A stretch of DNA of 64,000 nucleotides, taken from IMG/VR virus record IMGVR_UViG_3300025108_000001, positions 1 through 64,000 of that record; one strand, written 5' to 3'. A program made the position numbers and the translations under genes. Of the stretch, positions 30,308 through 39,350 are shown one piece after another. Position 1 is the first letter of the stretch; each line of letters opens with the position of its first letter. This DNA is from a virus. The notes below the pieces were generated by a model. It searched no databases. It was given only the letters and a program-made list of their open reading frames with translations, and was not told where the DNA came from.

Positions 30308-31519
30308 TTAATTTCCCCTCACAAGAGAATGTACGTCATCCCAAGTCATATTGGCTGCTGCCTCTAAACTTGTAGGTATTCCTTCCGGTAATGCCATTGA
30401 CATTTCCACGCTTTTGCGAATTGTTGCGTCTTTCTCTGATAGAGATTTTCGTAGTAGAGCAAACTCTTCTTTTAGTGCTGCTACATCTGTTCTAGCATCG
30501 TATGATGCGGATTCTGCTGCTGATTTCTTAACAGAAAGTTCTTCTGAAAGTCTTGCTTCAAATTGCTTAGAAAGATTATCGTATGCAATTTTTTCCATCT
30601 GCTCTGCTTTGAATTGTGCATATGCTTTCTCAACATTGTCTGCACTTAGGTTAAGAGTACTAAAGTCCGAATCATCTAACCCATTACTCTTTAGTGTTGC
30701 AGGTGCGCTAGTTGGTTTACCACCACTAACTACAAGTTCCCCTGCTTCGTAGTCTCTTGTTGAATCTTCATCAAGAGATTTTGCTTCTTCCTCTTCTTCT
30801 TCATCATCCTTACGCATAGACATCATAGTTTCAACATCTTCTTCTTCTTCTTCATCATCCCTAGTTGACATACTATATTTGGCATTCTTCGTTACTTCGT
30901 CATATTTTCCTTCCTCTCCGAGTCCGTTAACTTGTTTCATCAAGTCATTCAACTCTTCGAGTGCTTTCTCCAATTTTTCACTCATTGTTTTATCCTCCAT
31001 TTTTAAAATGTCGAATTTTGCTTCGGGATTAATCCCTTTTTCACAGATAGTTACTTCATGTAATTCTAACCTGTCTATCTCATTATACTCACCAAACTCA
31101 TCTGATGTTTTTTGTTTCTTAGAAATCGCCTGACCTCCAATACTAAAAGAACGAAGCGTTCCTTTTCTAATACTCCTTGAAATTTCTTTTGCCTTTTCTA
31201 TGTCATCTCTTAATTTAATAACAACATAGAAACCTACGTCATCTACTCCTGTTTTATGAAGAGTTCCATTAGTATCTCTATACTTTTCTATGACTTCTCC
31301 GACCTGAACATTAGAATGATTAGACATAACATTTCTATATTTCTTTTCAGACATATAGTTTTTTGCCGCATCATCTAAAGCACTTAATGTAATTAAATCA
31401 TTTTGTTTATCTACTATTTCTATCGAAGCGTAGCCACCAATAATCAAATCATCGGATTTAAGAATAGTAAACTCATGTTCTCTATCTGCTTTGAATAAAA
31501 GAGAAGGTTGCATAAGCAT
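30308..31519 (-). CDS. Prohead protease (HK97-type) fused to a scaffold domain
   Basis: IIGGYASIEIVDKQND, MSNH, LRSFSIGG and LHEVTICEKGINPEA protease motifs, followed by an acidic coiled-coil C-terminal half. Confidence 0.9.
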   Translation of the reverse strand: MLMQPSLLFKADREHEFTILKSDDLIIGGYASIEIVDKQNDLITLSALDDAAKNYMSEKKYRNVMSNHSNVQVGEVIEKYRDTNGTLHKTGVDDVGFYVVIKLRDDIEKAKEISRSIRKGTLRSFSIGGQAISKKQKTSDEFGEYNEIDRLELHEVTICEKGINPEAKFDILKMEDKTMSEKLEKALEELNDLMKQVNGLGEEGKYDEVTKNAKYSMSTRDDEEEEEDVETMMSMRKDDEEEEEEAKSLDEDSTRDYEAGELVVSGGKPTSAPATLKSNGLDDSDFSTLNLSADNVEKAYAQFKAEQMEKIAYDNLSKQFEARLSEELSVKKSAAESASYDARTDVAALKEEFALLRKSLSEKDATIRKSVEMSMALPEGIPTSLEAAANMTWDDVHSLVRGN

Positions 31520-31555
31520 TATTTCTTTGTCTTTTTACTTTTACTATATTAAGTA
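31520..31555 (-). promoter_or_regulatory. Putative archaeal-type TATA promoter for a leaderless protease/MCP transcript
   Basis: Minus strand TTAATATAG about 25-32 nt upstream of the ATG at 31519; no SD present. Confidence 0.4.
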
Positions 31556-31559
31556 GTCG

Positions 31560-34181
31560 CTATTTTTCACTAGGAAGTGTTAAATTAGAATATTTATCTT
31601 CTTCAATATTCCAAATATCTATACTATCTTTATCTTTTAACATAACTTGTTTTTTTCCAGTCCATGCTACCCATCTTTTTTTCTCATTTATAGGAACAAC
31701 TCTAAGATGTAGTCTAGTTTCAAATTTATCTCCTTCTAATTTATATTCGTGATAACCGTCTTTTTGTATTCCTAAAATAATATCACCCTTATCTATAATT
31801 TTACCTGCATCTATTTTTTCTGCTACGATAGCAGGGTATTTTACGGATTTGCCGAATAAGTTGTATATATCATCTGTATCCTCTATATCTATCAACCAAG
31901 CAAATCTGCTTTTTTTATAATCTATAATTAAATTAATATTACCATCATCTTGTCTATTTATAGTAAATTTACCTTTTCTCGAATCTTCTTTTTGAATAAT
32001 ATTTTCATTATCTTCATCATTTTCATTATCCTTTTCTATAAATGATTCATCAACAACAAAGACTTGAGGATTTTCTTTATCTAAAAATTCAACAGAATCT
32101 TGTTGCTTTAACCATCCTGTTAATTTGTTAGGATTTTGTTTAATCCAACCCGCCCACGATTTATTGTGCTTGGTTTGCACAAATTCAATTATTTCTTCTG
32201 ATGTTAATTTTTCATTTGGACTATTTGCTATTTCATCCTTTATTGCTATTCTTAATTGAGACCTGTTACTTTTTATTAATTTCGCTATTTCTTCTTTCCA
32301 CAAATCAATATTATAAAGAGCGTTTTTCTCCATTAAATTATCGCCATCAAAACCATAGATAGTAAAGCCGTCTAAATCTTCTTTTAATATAATTTCAGCA
32401 GTACCGTGTATATCATCTGTAATGTAATATCCCTTTTTAATTTTTTTAGGTTTAAGTAAATTAGATTCCAACCCACTCATAATTCTAAATGGGACAGGTA
32501 CAGCAGTACCAATTAAACTATTAATTGCACTTGATAATGATTTTTTACTCTTAGATGCTAATTTTTCTAATGTAGCGATATTATCTGATTCTGTTACTTC
32601 CGGTATTTCTATTACTTTGGCAGAATATAGGCTAAATTTATCGTTCCTTTTAGTTACTTCATCGACCTTAACCCTAACAATAGTACCTATGTCAACATTT
32701 ATTTTTGTATTAAGAGCCTTACCAACTTCTAAATAGGCCTTATCTTCATAATCAACAGTAGCATAGTTCCTTGCAACTTCGGCTGTAACTGGCCCGATTC
32801 CCATAGTATAAGAATGTAAATTACTTTTTGTCTTTCTGTCGTTTAATACTACTACATCTAAGTCAACAAATTTTTTCCATTTAACCCACTTAGGATTTTT
32901 TCTATTTCCTATGTAATAGGTAGATTCAATATCCTTGATAACTACTCCTTCTGACGCAGGTAATTTCATAATATTCTTTGAATAGTTTTCAACTTCCTTT
33001 TTAGAATCTGCTATTCTAGTATCTTTTTTAGAAGGAAACGCCATGAGTTCGGAAGAATGTTGTGAGTATTGATAAAGTAAAATATTAATTCTTTCTCTTA
33101 GTGGGTCATCAGTTATATTTTTCCCTTCATGCACCATAATATCAAAAACGTGTGCCTTCAATGTTCCTTTTGTTTTCTTATGAAACACATGAGTAATAGT
33201 GTCTGCTCTATGAAGGGGTTCATCATCTAAAAATAACATTAATTCAGCATCTAATATACAATCCCCGAATTGTTTTTTCTCCATATGTTTTACCTGTTCG
33301 GGACATTTAGAAGTAATATCTTTTTCATTAAAAGAATAAATCTTAACTTTACCATTGAACTTATGTATCTGTATTCTCATACCATCATATTTTTCTTGAA
33401 CAACAAACTCTCCGGTTAGCCCTTTAATATCATCCAAATCATCTATCTCGAAAATACGATACATTGGTTTATTAGGTTTAATAAAATCTATTTCCGCTTT
33501 CTGTTCTTGTGATTTAGATATATCTAATTCTAATAAGGCATCCCAATCCTCATCGTCATATTTTTCTAAATAAATATCTTCTAATTTTTTGAATGCCTGT
33601 TTACACTTAGTTTCTATTCTTTCAGTATTCTCATCTGAACTACCATAATGTTCTATAATATAAATAGGCACATCTTTAGGTTCTAAATCTAAGCCCATAT
33701 ATCCTTGAGTAATCTCATCCGGTTTCAGCCCATGTGCCTTCCAAGATTTTTCGGGTATTGTATTGGTATGGGAACGAACCGCATAATGAATAAATGATAA
33801 TAAAATAGATTCGTCCTTTAAGAGTATATTAATTACATCATCTCCTAATTGTTTAGAAAACGGGTCACTAATTTTGTCTGACTTGAATCTAAGTTCTTTA
33901 ACACTATCATAAATCTCTTTCGCTTGTCTAGAATTGGGGTCGTATGCTTCATTAGAAAAAGCAGTTTTTTCCTTTAAGTAAGTTTTTAATTCTCTAGAAA
34001 AATCATCTAATGAATCGAATTGGTCTCTAACTTCTTTAACAGTCTGTTTCCATTTAGCCCCATATTCAGAAGGACTTTCTTTTGCAGAAAGGTATGAATA
34101 TCTAACTCTTTCAAAAAAATCTAAAACCCTTTTAGTTAAAGGAGTCCTTTTTTTTTCAAATAGAAGTCCTGTTTGCGGCAT
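31560..34181 (-). CDS. lig: Multidomain ATP-dependent DNA ligase
   Basis: Motif I EKYDGMR, III ILDAEL, IIIa VFDIM, IV EGVVIK, V WVKWKK, OB domain; extra N- and C-terminal domains. Confidence 0.88.
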   Translation of the reverse strand: MPQTGLLFEKKRTPLTKRVLDFFERVRYSYLSAKESPSEYGAKWKQTVKEVRDQFDSLDDFSRELKTYLKEKTAFSNEAYDPNSRQAKEIYDSVKELRFKSDKISDPFSKQLGDDVINILLKDESILLSFIHYAVRSHTNTIPEKSWKAHGLKPDEITQGYMGLDLEPKDVPIYIIEHYGSSDENTERIETKCKQAFKKLEDIYLEKYDDEDWDALLELDISKSQEQKAEIDFIKPNKPMYRIFEIDDLDDIKGLTGEFVVQEKYDGMRIQIHKFNGKVKIYSFNEKDITSKCPEQVKHMEKKQFGDCILDAELMLFLDDEPLHRADTITHVFHKKTKGTLKAHVFDIMVHEGKNITDDPLRERINILLYQYSQHSSELMAFPSKKDTRIADSKKEVENYSKNIMKLPASEGVVIKDIESTYYIGNRKNPKWVKWKKFVDLDVVVLNDRKTKSNLHSYTMGIGPVTAEVARNYATVDYEDKAYLEVGKALNTKINVDIGTIVRVKVDEVTKRNDKFSLYSAKVIEIPEVTESDNIATLEKLASKSKKSLSSAINSLIGTAVPVPFRIMSGLESNLLKPKKIKKGYYITDDIHGTAEIILKEDLDGFTIYGFDGDNLMEKNALYNIDLWKEEIAKLIKSNRSQLRIAIKDEIANSPNEKLTSEEIIEFVQTKHNKSWAGWIKQNPNKLTGWLKQQDSVEFLDKENPQVFVVDESFIEKDNENDEDNENIIQKEDSRKGKFTINRQDDGNINLIIDYKKSRFAWLIDIEDTDDIYNLFGKSVKYPAIVAEKIDAGKIIDKGDIILGIQKDGYHEYKLEGDKFETRLHLRVVPINEKKRWVAWTGKKQVMLKDKDSIDIWNIEEDKYSNLTLPSEK

Positions 34182-34191
34182 ACTACCTCAC

Positions 34192-34407
34192 TCAGTTAGA
34201 ATCTTTCTTTTCCTTTCCTTCAATATTACTAGTCTTTGGTAAAGGTACTTCTGAGGGGTTTTTCTTAGGTCTTTTCACTTTAACTTCTTCACCTGTTAAT
34301 GGTTCATCTAGTTCCATATTGTTTACATTAGCCTCTTGTAATACTTCCTTTGCCTTAGCGATTGCTAGTTCTAGTAATTTTTCTTCTCTTGTTACTTTTT
34401 CCGGCAT
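34192..34407 (-). CDS. Hypothetical protein
   Basis: 71-aa ORF with GGAGGT SD. Confidence 0.6.
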   Translation of the reverse strand: MPEKVTREEKLLELAIAKAKEVLQEANVNNMELDEPLTGEEVKVKRPKKNPSEVPLPKTSNIEGKEKKDSN

Positions 34408-34408
34408 T

Positions 34409-34729
34409 TTACAACCTCCTCATGTTTCCTTTTAAATCAAATTGCATACCGAATGCATCGTATTTTCCTGAAACCTCAACATCAACATAATAACCGCCTT
34501 CTTTATCATCAGGGTCAAGACTTAAGTAAATATCAATATATTTACCGAGACCTGCCAATGCATCTCCACGATTAATCTCATCCTGTAATTCTTTCATTTT
34601 TTCTTCTGTATAATCATTTTCATCAAATATATTATCATTCAAATACGTCTCCACCATTGGCTCAAACAAATCTCTAAATTGTTCAATAGTTTTTCCACTT
34701 TCTTTTTTAATTATTTTTTCCCAACTCAT
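34409..34729 (-). CDS. Acidic protein with MSWxxIIK N-terminal tag
   Basis: Probable start is the internal ATG at 34729 (MSWEKIIK). Confidence 0.7.
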   Translation of the reverse strand: MSWEKIIKKESGKTIEQFRDLFEPMVETYLNDNIFDENDYTEEKMKELQDEINRGDALAGLGKYIDIYLSLDPDDKEGGYYVDVEVSGKYDAFGMQFDLKGNMRRL

Positions 34730-34731
34730 AT

Positions 34732-34962
34732 TTATCTCTCCATTGTAGTTACTAATTCGTGTATGTCTTCCCAAGCCATACTCTTTTTGATAGTATTATC
34801 CATTGGAATATTATTACTATCCATTCTAGGAGAAGGGGAATTAACCACAACTAATCCTGATTTCATAAGTAGGTTATCTTTGTGATAAACTGCTTCCTCC
34901 AAGTGTTTCACCTTATTCACTAATTCTTTTAATAGCATTAACATTTCGTTATCATCACTCAT
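34732..34962 (-). CDS. Small scaffold-like protein
   Basis: Coiled coil; ends IKK/SMAWEDIHELV, paralleling the protease-scaffold end MTWDDVHSLV. Confidence 0.6.
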   Translation of the reverse strand: MSDDNEMLMLLKELVNKVKHLEEAVYHKDNLLMKSGLVVVNSPSPRMDSNNIPMDNTIKKSMAWEDIHELVTTMER

Positions 34963-35035
34963 TTTCTTGTAGCCCCCTAATATACTTGGTTAACTCTTTA
35001 TGTATTAAACTTTCTAACTCTTTTTTTCTACTCAT
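34955..35035 (-). CDS. 26-aa microprotein (not in ORF track)
   Basis: MSRKKELESLIHKELTKYIRGLQENE; overlaps both neighbours and exactly fills the gap. Confidence 0.45.
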   Translation of the reverse strand: MSRKKELESLIHKELTKYIRGLQENE

Positions 35036-35184
35036 CTCTTACTCACCATCTCATCAACGGCCTCTTTTAAATCATCTATAATTTTTCTAAGTTTCACTCT
35101 AAAAGCCAAAGGAATTTCCATAGTGCTTATAGTTCCTATAACTGTTTTTAATGTTTGAATTGTTCTTTGGTCGTATTTTGTCAT
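35032..35184 (-). CDS. Hypothetical protein (50 aa)
   Basis: Probable start MTKYDQ at 35184, just after the upstream stop, with a GGAG SD. Confidence 0.5.
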   Translation of the reverse strand: MTKYDQRTIQTLKTVIGTISTMEIPLAFRVKLRKIIDDLKEAVDEMVSKR

Positions 35185-35185
35185 T

Positions 35186-35860
35186 CTAAATCTCTCCTTT
35201 AAGGTCTTTACCATATTTTTCTCGCCCGTACATACTAGGAGGGGGATAAAATCCTTCATCTGCCATTTCCTCTCTCTCTCTCCTACTGAGAGAATAATAC
35301 CAATTTGCATATCTCTCTCTATCGTCTTCGTCATCATTTCCGCTAGGGTCTTTAGATGACCCTTCTCCTATTTTTAAAGATTCTAAAACAGTATCAGTAA
35401 ATACTTCTTCATCTTCTAAAACTCTAGGAATCCTAAATATCGGCTTATCTCCCATTTCTGTATATGCACCTTCTGAATAGATAACAAAATACAGAATCTT
35501 CTCAATACCTTTGTATTTTACTTTTGTAGCGACACCGCCCTTTACATCGTGTTCGTATAGGCCATCACCATCAGGATTATCTTCAAAGTTATATTTTTCA
35601 TCTATTAATTTAGCAAACGTAATGTTTATCCCTAATTTAGACATTGCTTGTGCAATATCTTCTAGTTCTTTACCTAGTTTTGTTTGATAAGTACTTTCAT
35701 AGGGACTGGTTCGTTTTAAAGACTCATGTAATTTACGCGCAAATGGGATTCTCATATTCATTGCTACTTCTTTATAATTATCAGTAAATCCGTCTTTGTC
35801 AATTCTAACGCCATTAGGTTTTTTAGTAAAATCTCTTTTTAATATATCTTCCCAACTCAT
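35186..35860 (-). CDS. MSWEDILK-tagged hypothetical protein
   Basis: N-terminal tag; ATGA overlap with the upstream gene. Confidence 0.7.
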   Translation of the reverse strand: MSWEDILKRDFTKKPNGVRIDKDGFTDNYKEVAMNMRIPFARKLHESLKRTSPYESTYQTKLGKELEDIAQAMSKLGINITFAKLIDEKYNFEDNPDGDGLYEHDVKGGVATKVKYKGIEKILYFVIYSEGAYTEMGDKPIFRIPRVLEDEEVFTDTVLESLKIGEGSSKDPSGNDDEDDRERYANWYYSLSRREREEMADEGFYPPPSMYGREKYGKDLKGEI

Positions 35861-36183
35861 TCTAAATCCCCCTTACTCTTTGGATAAACTAAGTCTCGTA
35901 TTTGCCGATACAAAGTTTCGTAATCTTTTCTAAGTTCTGCTGCCGAAGAAACTATGTCTAAATTCTTTTCATCGAAACTCTCAAACTTTTTTTGTAGTCT
36001 TTTATCAGACTTAATTAAGTCTAATTTTTTCATCTCATCTAACAGGTCTGAAAGATGAGTCATCTCTTGCCCCATGTATTCAGTAGGTTGAGTTTTTTGA
36101 AGAAGTTTCTTAAGTTTCTTTTTTTGTTTAGTATCAACTTTTTCTAAAATTGAAGATGATTTAAGTATTTCTTTCCAACTCAT
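35857..36183 (-). CDS. MSWKEILK-tagged helical protein
   Basis: N-terminal tag; further ILEK/V and LIK/S sites. Confidence 0.7.
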   Translation of the reverse strand: MSWKEILKSSSILEKVDTKQKKKLKKLLQKTQPTEYMGQEMTHLSDLLDEMKKLDLIKSDKRLQKKFESFDEKNLDIVSSAAELRKDYETLYRQIRDLVYPKSKGDLE

Positions 36184-36232
36184 ACTCAACCACCTTGTCT
36201 ATCCGTTCTTATCTCTAGTTTATGAAGTTTCT

Positions 36233-38371
36233 TTATTTCAACTGATTACGGTCATTATACTCAGGGTTTTCATATTCAGATTCATCTGTGTCTGTAATAT
36301 CATTCCCTTTAGGTGCATCTATGTTCTTACTAAAGAAGGCATCCACCTCTTTCTCAAGGGTTGTAATTTCGTTGCTAATCTTATTGAGGTCTCTTCTAAC
36401 AGTATTTACGTTCCTTAAAGTAAGAACCGCCCATTTTTGTTTATCTAAATCTGATGTCTGTCTTACTAATTTATTTAAAAAATTACTTTTCAATAACACA
36501 TAATTTAGTATTTCAGAATCATTAATTTTAGAAGTATCATTTTCATCAAACTTAGGCAAGGAAGTTTCGTTTTCTTTATTTAGTTTAAACTTCAATTTAA
36601 AATCTATCCATAACTTTTCAGTTCCTTTTCTTTCGTCTCTTAAACGAGTTAGTCTATTTCTTTCAATTACCCCCATATTCTCTTCCGTTCTTTCTCTAGA
36701 AGTATGCGGCTTTAAAAGATAACCGTATTCTACTGGTTGAATAACTTTCCTATCTACTAATTTGCTCTTACCATCTTTATCCTTTACACTTGCTAATGAT
36801 GTTCCATCTTTATCCTTTACACTATTAAGTGGTAATTTAAATGAAGGCAATCCTCCAATAGTTAATTTTTTCTCTAATTCTTTAAATATAGTATTATAAG
36901 TTTTTTTAAGTCTGCCTCTTGCTTTGGTTAGTTCAATTTGTCGTTCAAAATCATCTGCAAGTTCACTACTTTCTTCTTGTTCTTCACTATCAGAACTTGA
37001 TTCTGGAATATCAATACTAGTTAAATAATCTTTAAAATCCCTTACCGATATTTCTTGTCCTTTAATAGAAAAAGTATTACTAAATAAAGAGCCTAAACTT
37101 ACATCATCTTTCATGTAAGGCTTCAAATTATCAATGTCTTGTCTAGTTTGATTATATTCTTTTACTACTGAATTTGGTAAAACTATACCTTTAGTTTCTA
37201 ATATAATTTTTATAAAATGTAATATTTCGTGATACTCCTTTGCTTTCACTAGAGCAATGTCAAATTGTGAAATAGTGTTTTGTGTTTCGCCATCTAAATC
37301 CTTAGCCATTTCAGTTATTTCATTTTCTAACATAATAATTTTTTCCATTATATCTAAAGCAATAGTTCTATAAAGAACCGAGTTTTGTCTGTTTAAAATT
37401 TTACTAATTTCTGTTTCGAGTTCACTATTATCTGCGGCAGGGTCATTAACTACCTCTCCATCTTGACTAATAGTAGGGTTTCCCCCTCTAAAATACAAGT
37501 CCATTATTTGTTTAACATTATCAATTTTAGTAGGATAATCCATATTTAAATAACCTATTAATTTAACACTGCTTAAATTAGTTTTAATATCATCATCAAA
37601 ATCTATATCAAGGGTATCAAATATATCATTCATAATCTCTCTTGAGTTTTTATTATTATATATCTTAAATTGATTTAACCACCCGCCCACTTTTGAAAAG
37701 GACGCTCCCTCATCTACCAATAGATTACGCAACTCAGCAGCAATACGTTTTCTACCTTTAAAAAAATCATTAATTTCGCTAGATAAACTGTTAATTAATT
37801 TAACTTCATCTTCGTCATTTTGATTAACATTACCTCTTAATAGTATGTCTTTAAGTTGTGATGCTATTTCTTCGGTTTTGGTTGCTAGTGGTGAATCAAG
37901 ATTTTTTTGTATTTTCGTAAAAGGGCTATCATCACTAAAAAGTAATTCATGCACTTTAGGATATTTTTCCTCATTGTATTTACTTTTAAGGTTCTCTAAA
38001 GCAGTTTTTAAATTATTCAATGTAGTCAAATCATCACTTTGTCCGGTAGGAAGTAACTGAACTTCGGATACCTCTTCCAAATTCTTATTTTGGGTCTTAA
38101 CTTTTCCACTTTTTCTTTTTACAGCATAGATTTCAGTTGTGCCGCTTGACCCTTTAAAATTACCATCAAATATTATATCATGTTCAATAGGAGTATTAGT
38201 TGTTTCTAATTCCTTTTTTAATTTTAAAAACTCACGTTCTAGATTTGATATGCTGTTAATAGAAACTGTATGAATTTCCTTTCTATTTTTAGATAGAACC
38301 TTTAATATCTTACTCCACGGATTTTTTCTTGCTTTCACAATATCTTTTTTTAAAATATCCATGAACGACAT
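36233..38371 (-). CDS. Large helical protein with tag variant MSFMDILK (712 aa)
   Basis: N-terminus MSFMDILK..IVK/A..PWSKILK; internal SVKDKDG duplication. Confidence 0.7.
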   Translation of the reverse strand: MSFMDILKKDIVKARKNPWSKILKVLSKNRKEIHTVSINSISNLEREFLKLKKELETTNTPIEHDIIFDGNFKGSSGTTEIYAVKRKSGKVKTQNKNLEEVSEVQLLPTGQSDDLTTLNNLKTALENLKSKYNEEKYPKVHELLFSDDSPFTKIQKNLDSPLATKTEEIASQLKDILLRGNVNQNDEDEVKLINSLSSEINDFFKGRKRIAAELRNLLVDEGASFSKVGGWLNQFKIYNNKNSREIMNDIFDTLDIDFDDDIKTNLSSVKLIGYLNMDYPTKIDNVKQIMDLYFRGGNPTISQDGEVVNDPAADNSELETEISKILNRQNSVLYRTIALDIMEKIIMLENEITEMAKDLDGETQNTISQFDIALVKAKEYHEILHFIKIILETKGIVLPNSVVKEYNQTRQDIDNLKPYMKDDVSLGSLFSNTFSIKGQEISVRDFKDYLTSIDIPESSSDSEEQEESSELADDFERQIELTKARGRLKKTYNTIFKELEKKLTIGGLPSFKLPLNSVKDKDGTSLASVKDKDGKSKLVDRKVIQPVEYGYLLKPHTSRERTEENMGVIERNRLTRLRDERKGTEKLWIDFKLKFKLNKENETSLPKFDENDTSKINDSEILNYVLLKSNFLNKLVRQTSDLDKQKWAVLTLRNVNTVRRDLNKISNEITTLEKEVDAFFSKNIDAPKGNDITDTDESEYENPEYNDRNQLK

Positions 38372-38383
38372 AATCTAACTTCC

Positions 38384-38614
38384 TTAGAATGGTATATTTT
38401 CACTACGCATATTCTTTCTTTTAGGTGTTATCATAACATCAGGAATATTACTAGGTGCATCGTCTGTTTTATTTTTTAACGTAGTGCTAGGGTCTACACC
38501 AACAACTGCATAGTCTCTACTAATGTTGACATTACTCCTTTGTTCCGCACCTTCTTTAATTCTCGCTTGCTTCAATTCTCTTTCTAATTGTCTTACACTT
38601 TTTTCTTCACTCAT
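38384..38614 (-). CDS. Hypothetical protein
   Basis: Probable start MSEEKS after an AGGTGA SD. Confidence 0.6.
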   Translation of the reverse strand: MSEEKSVRQLERELKQARIKEGAEQRSNVNISRDYAVVGVDPSTTLKNKTDDAPSNIPDVMITPKRKNMRSENIPF

Positions 38615-38619
38615 ATTAA

Positions 38620-38874
38620 TCACCTGTTTCTCTTTTCTTCATCTAGATTTTTCTTTGCTCTTGCTATGAAAGACTTATGCCCTCCAGTTCTTGGGGGAGT
38701 AATACCTGTAAATGAAGGACTAGCAGGGTTTTCAGTATACATTAAACAACTTCCGTTATTACTAATGTTTACGTTAGGTAATGTGCATTTCATATTTTTA
38801 TTATGTTTACATTTACTGGCTTTACAAACATCTATTCTGCATTCTGCTTCCTTGACTATATTTTTCCAACTCAT
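38620..38874 (-). CDS. MSWKNIVK-tagged Cys-rich protein
   Basis: Tag followed by a C-x4-C-x4-C-x7-C-x12-C small domain. Confidence 0.65.
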   Translation of the reverse strand: MSWKNIVKEAECRIDVCKASKCKHNKNMKCTLPNVNISNNGSCLMYTENPASPSFTGITPPRTGGHKSFIARAKKNLDEEKRNR

Positions 38875-38875
38875 T

Positions 38876-39145
38876 TTAATCTCTCCTCATTTCATCTTGC
38901 ATATCTTCTAAGTGTTTTTCATATTGATTTCTTTCTTCTTGGGTAGTCTCTTCTCTATCTTTCTGATTCATTACATTTCGTGGTTGTTCTTTTCCTGAAG
39001 AATTAACCATATCTTGTAACTCTCTTCGTTCTTTGGTTTTTTGCCTTTCATTAGTAAAGGAAACCGGACTACCATTTACCCTTCTATTCAGACTTATTTT
39101 TTTTCTTGCCGTATTTTTTCTTTTAACTATCTCAAACCAACTCAT
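38876..39145 (-). CDS. MSWFEIVK-tagged charged protein
   Basis: Tag at internal ATG 39145. Confidence 0.65.
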   Translation of the reverse strand: MSWFEIVKRKNTARKKISLNRRVNGSPVSFTNERQKTKERRELQDMVNSSGKEQPRNVMNQKDREETTQEERNQYEKHLEDMQDEMRRD

Positions 39146-39146
39146 C

Positions 39147-39350
39147 TTAATCACTTAATTCCTGTTTAACCCAATCGAACTCATCTTCAACATTATATTT
39201 ACTAAGTTTGTTTCTTATGTTATTCCAACTTGCCCCAAAGTCTAATAGTTTTTTTGTGTATTCTAAAACACTTTTTTTTCTATTACCATAATCTATCCAT
39301 TTTGGATATGAAAAAGATGGTTCAAACTTTAAGGCTTCAAACCATGTCAT
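39147..39350 (-). CDS. MTWFEALK-tagged small protein
   Basis: Tag; abuts the portal stop. Confidence 0.6.
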   Translation of the reverse strand: MTWFEALKFEPSFSYPKWIDYGNRKKSVLEYTKKLLDFGASWNNIRNKLSKYNVEDEFDWVKQELSD

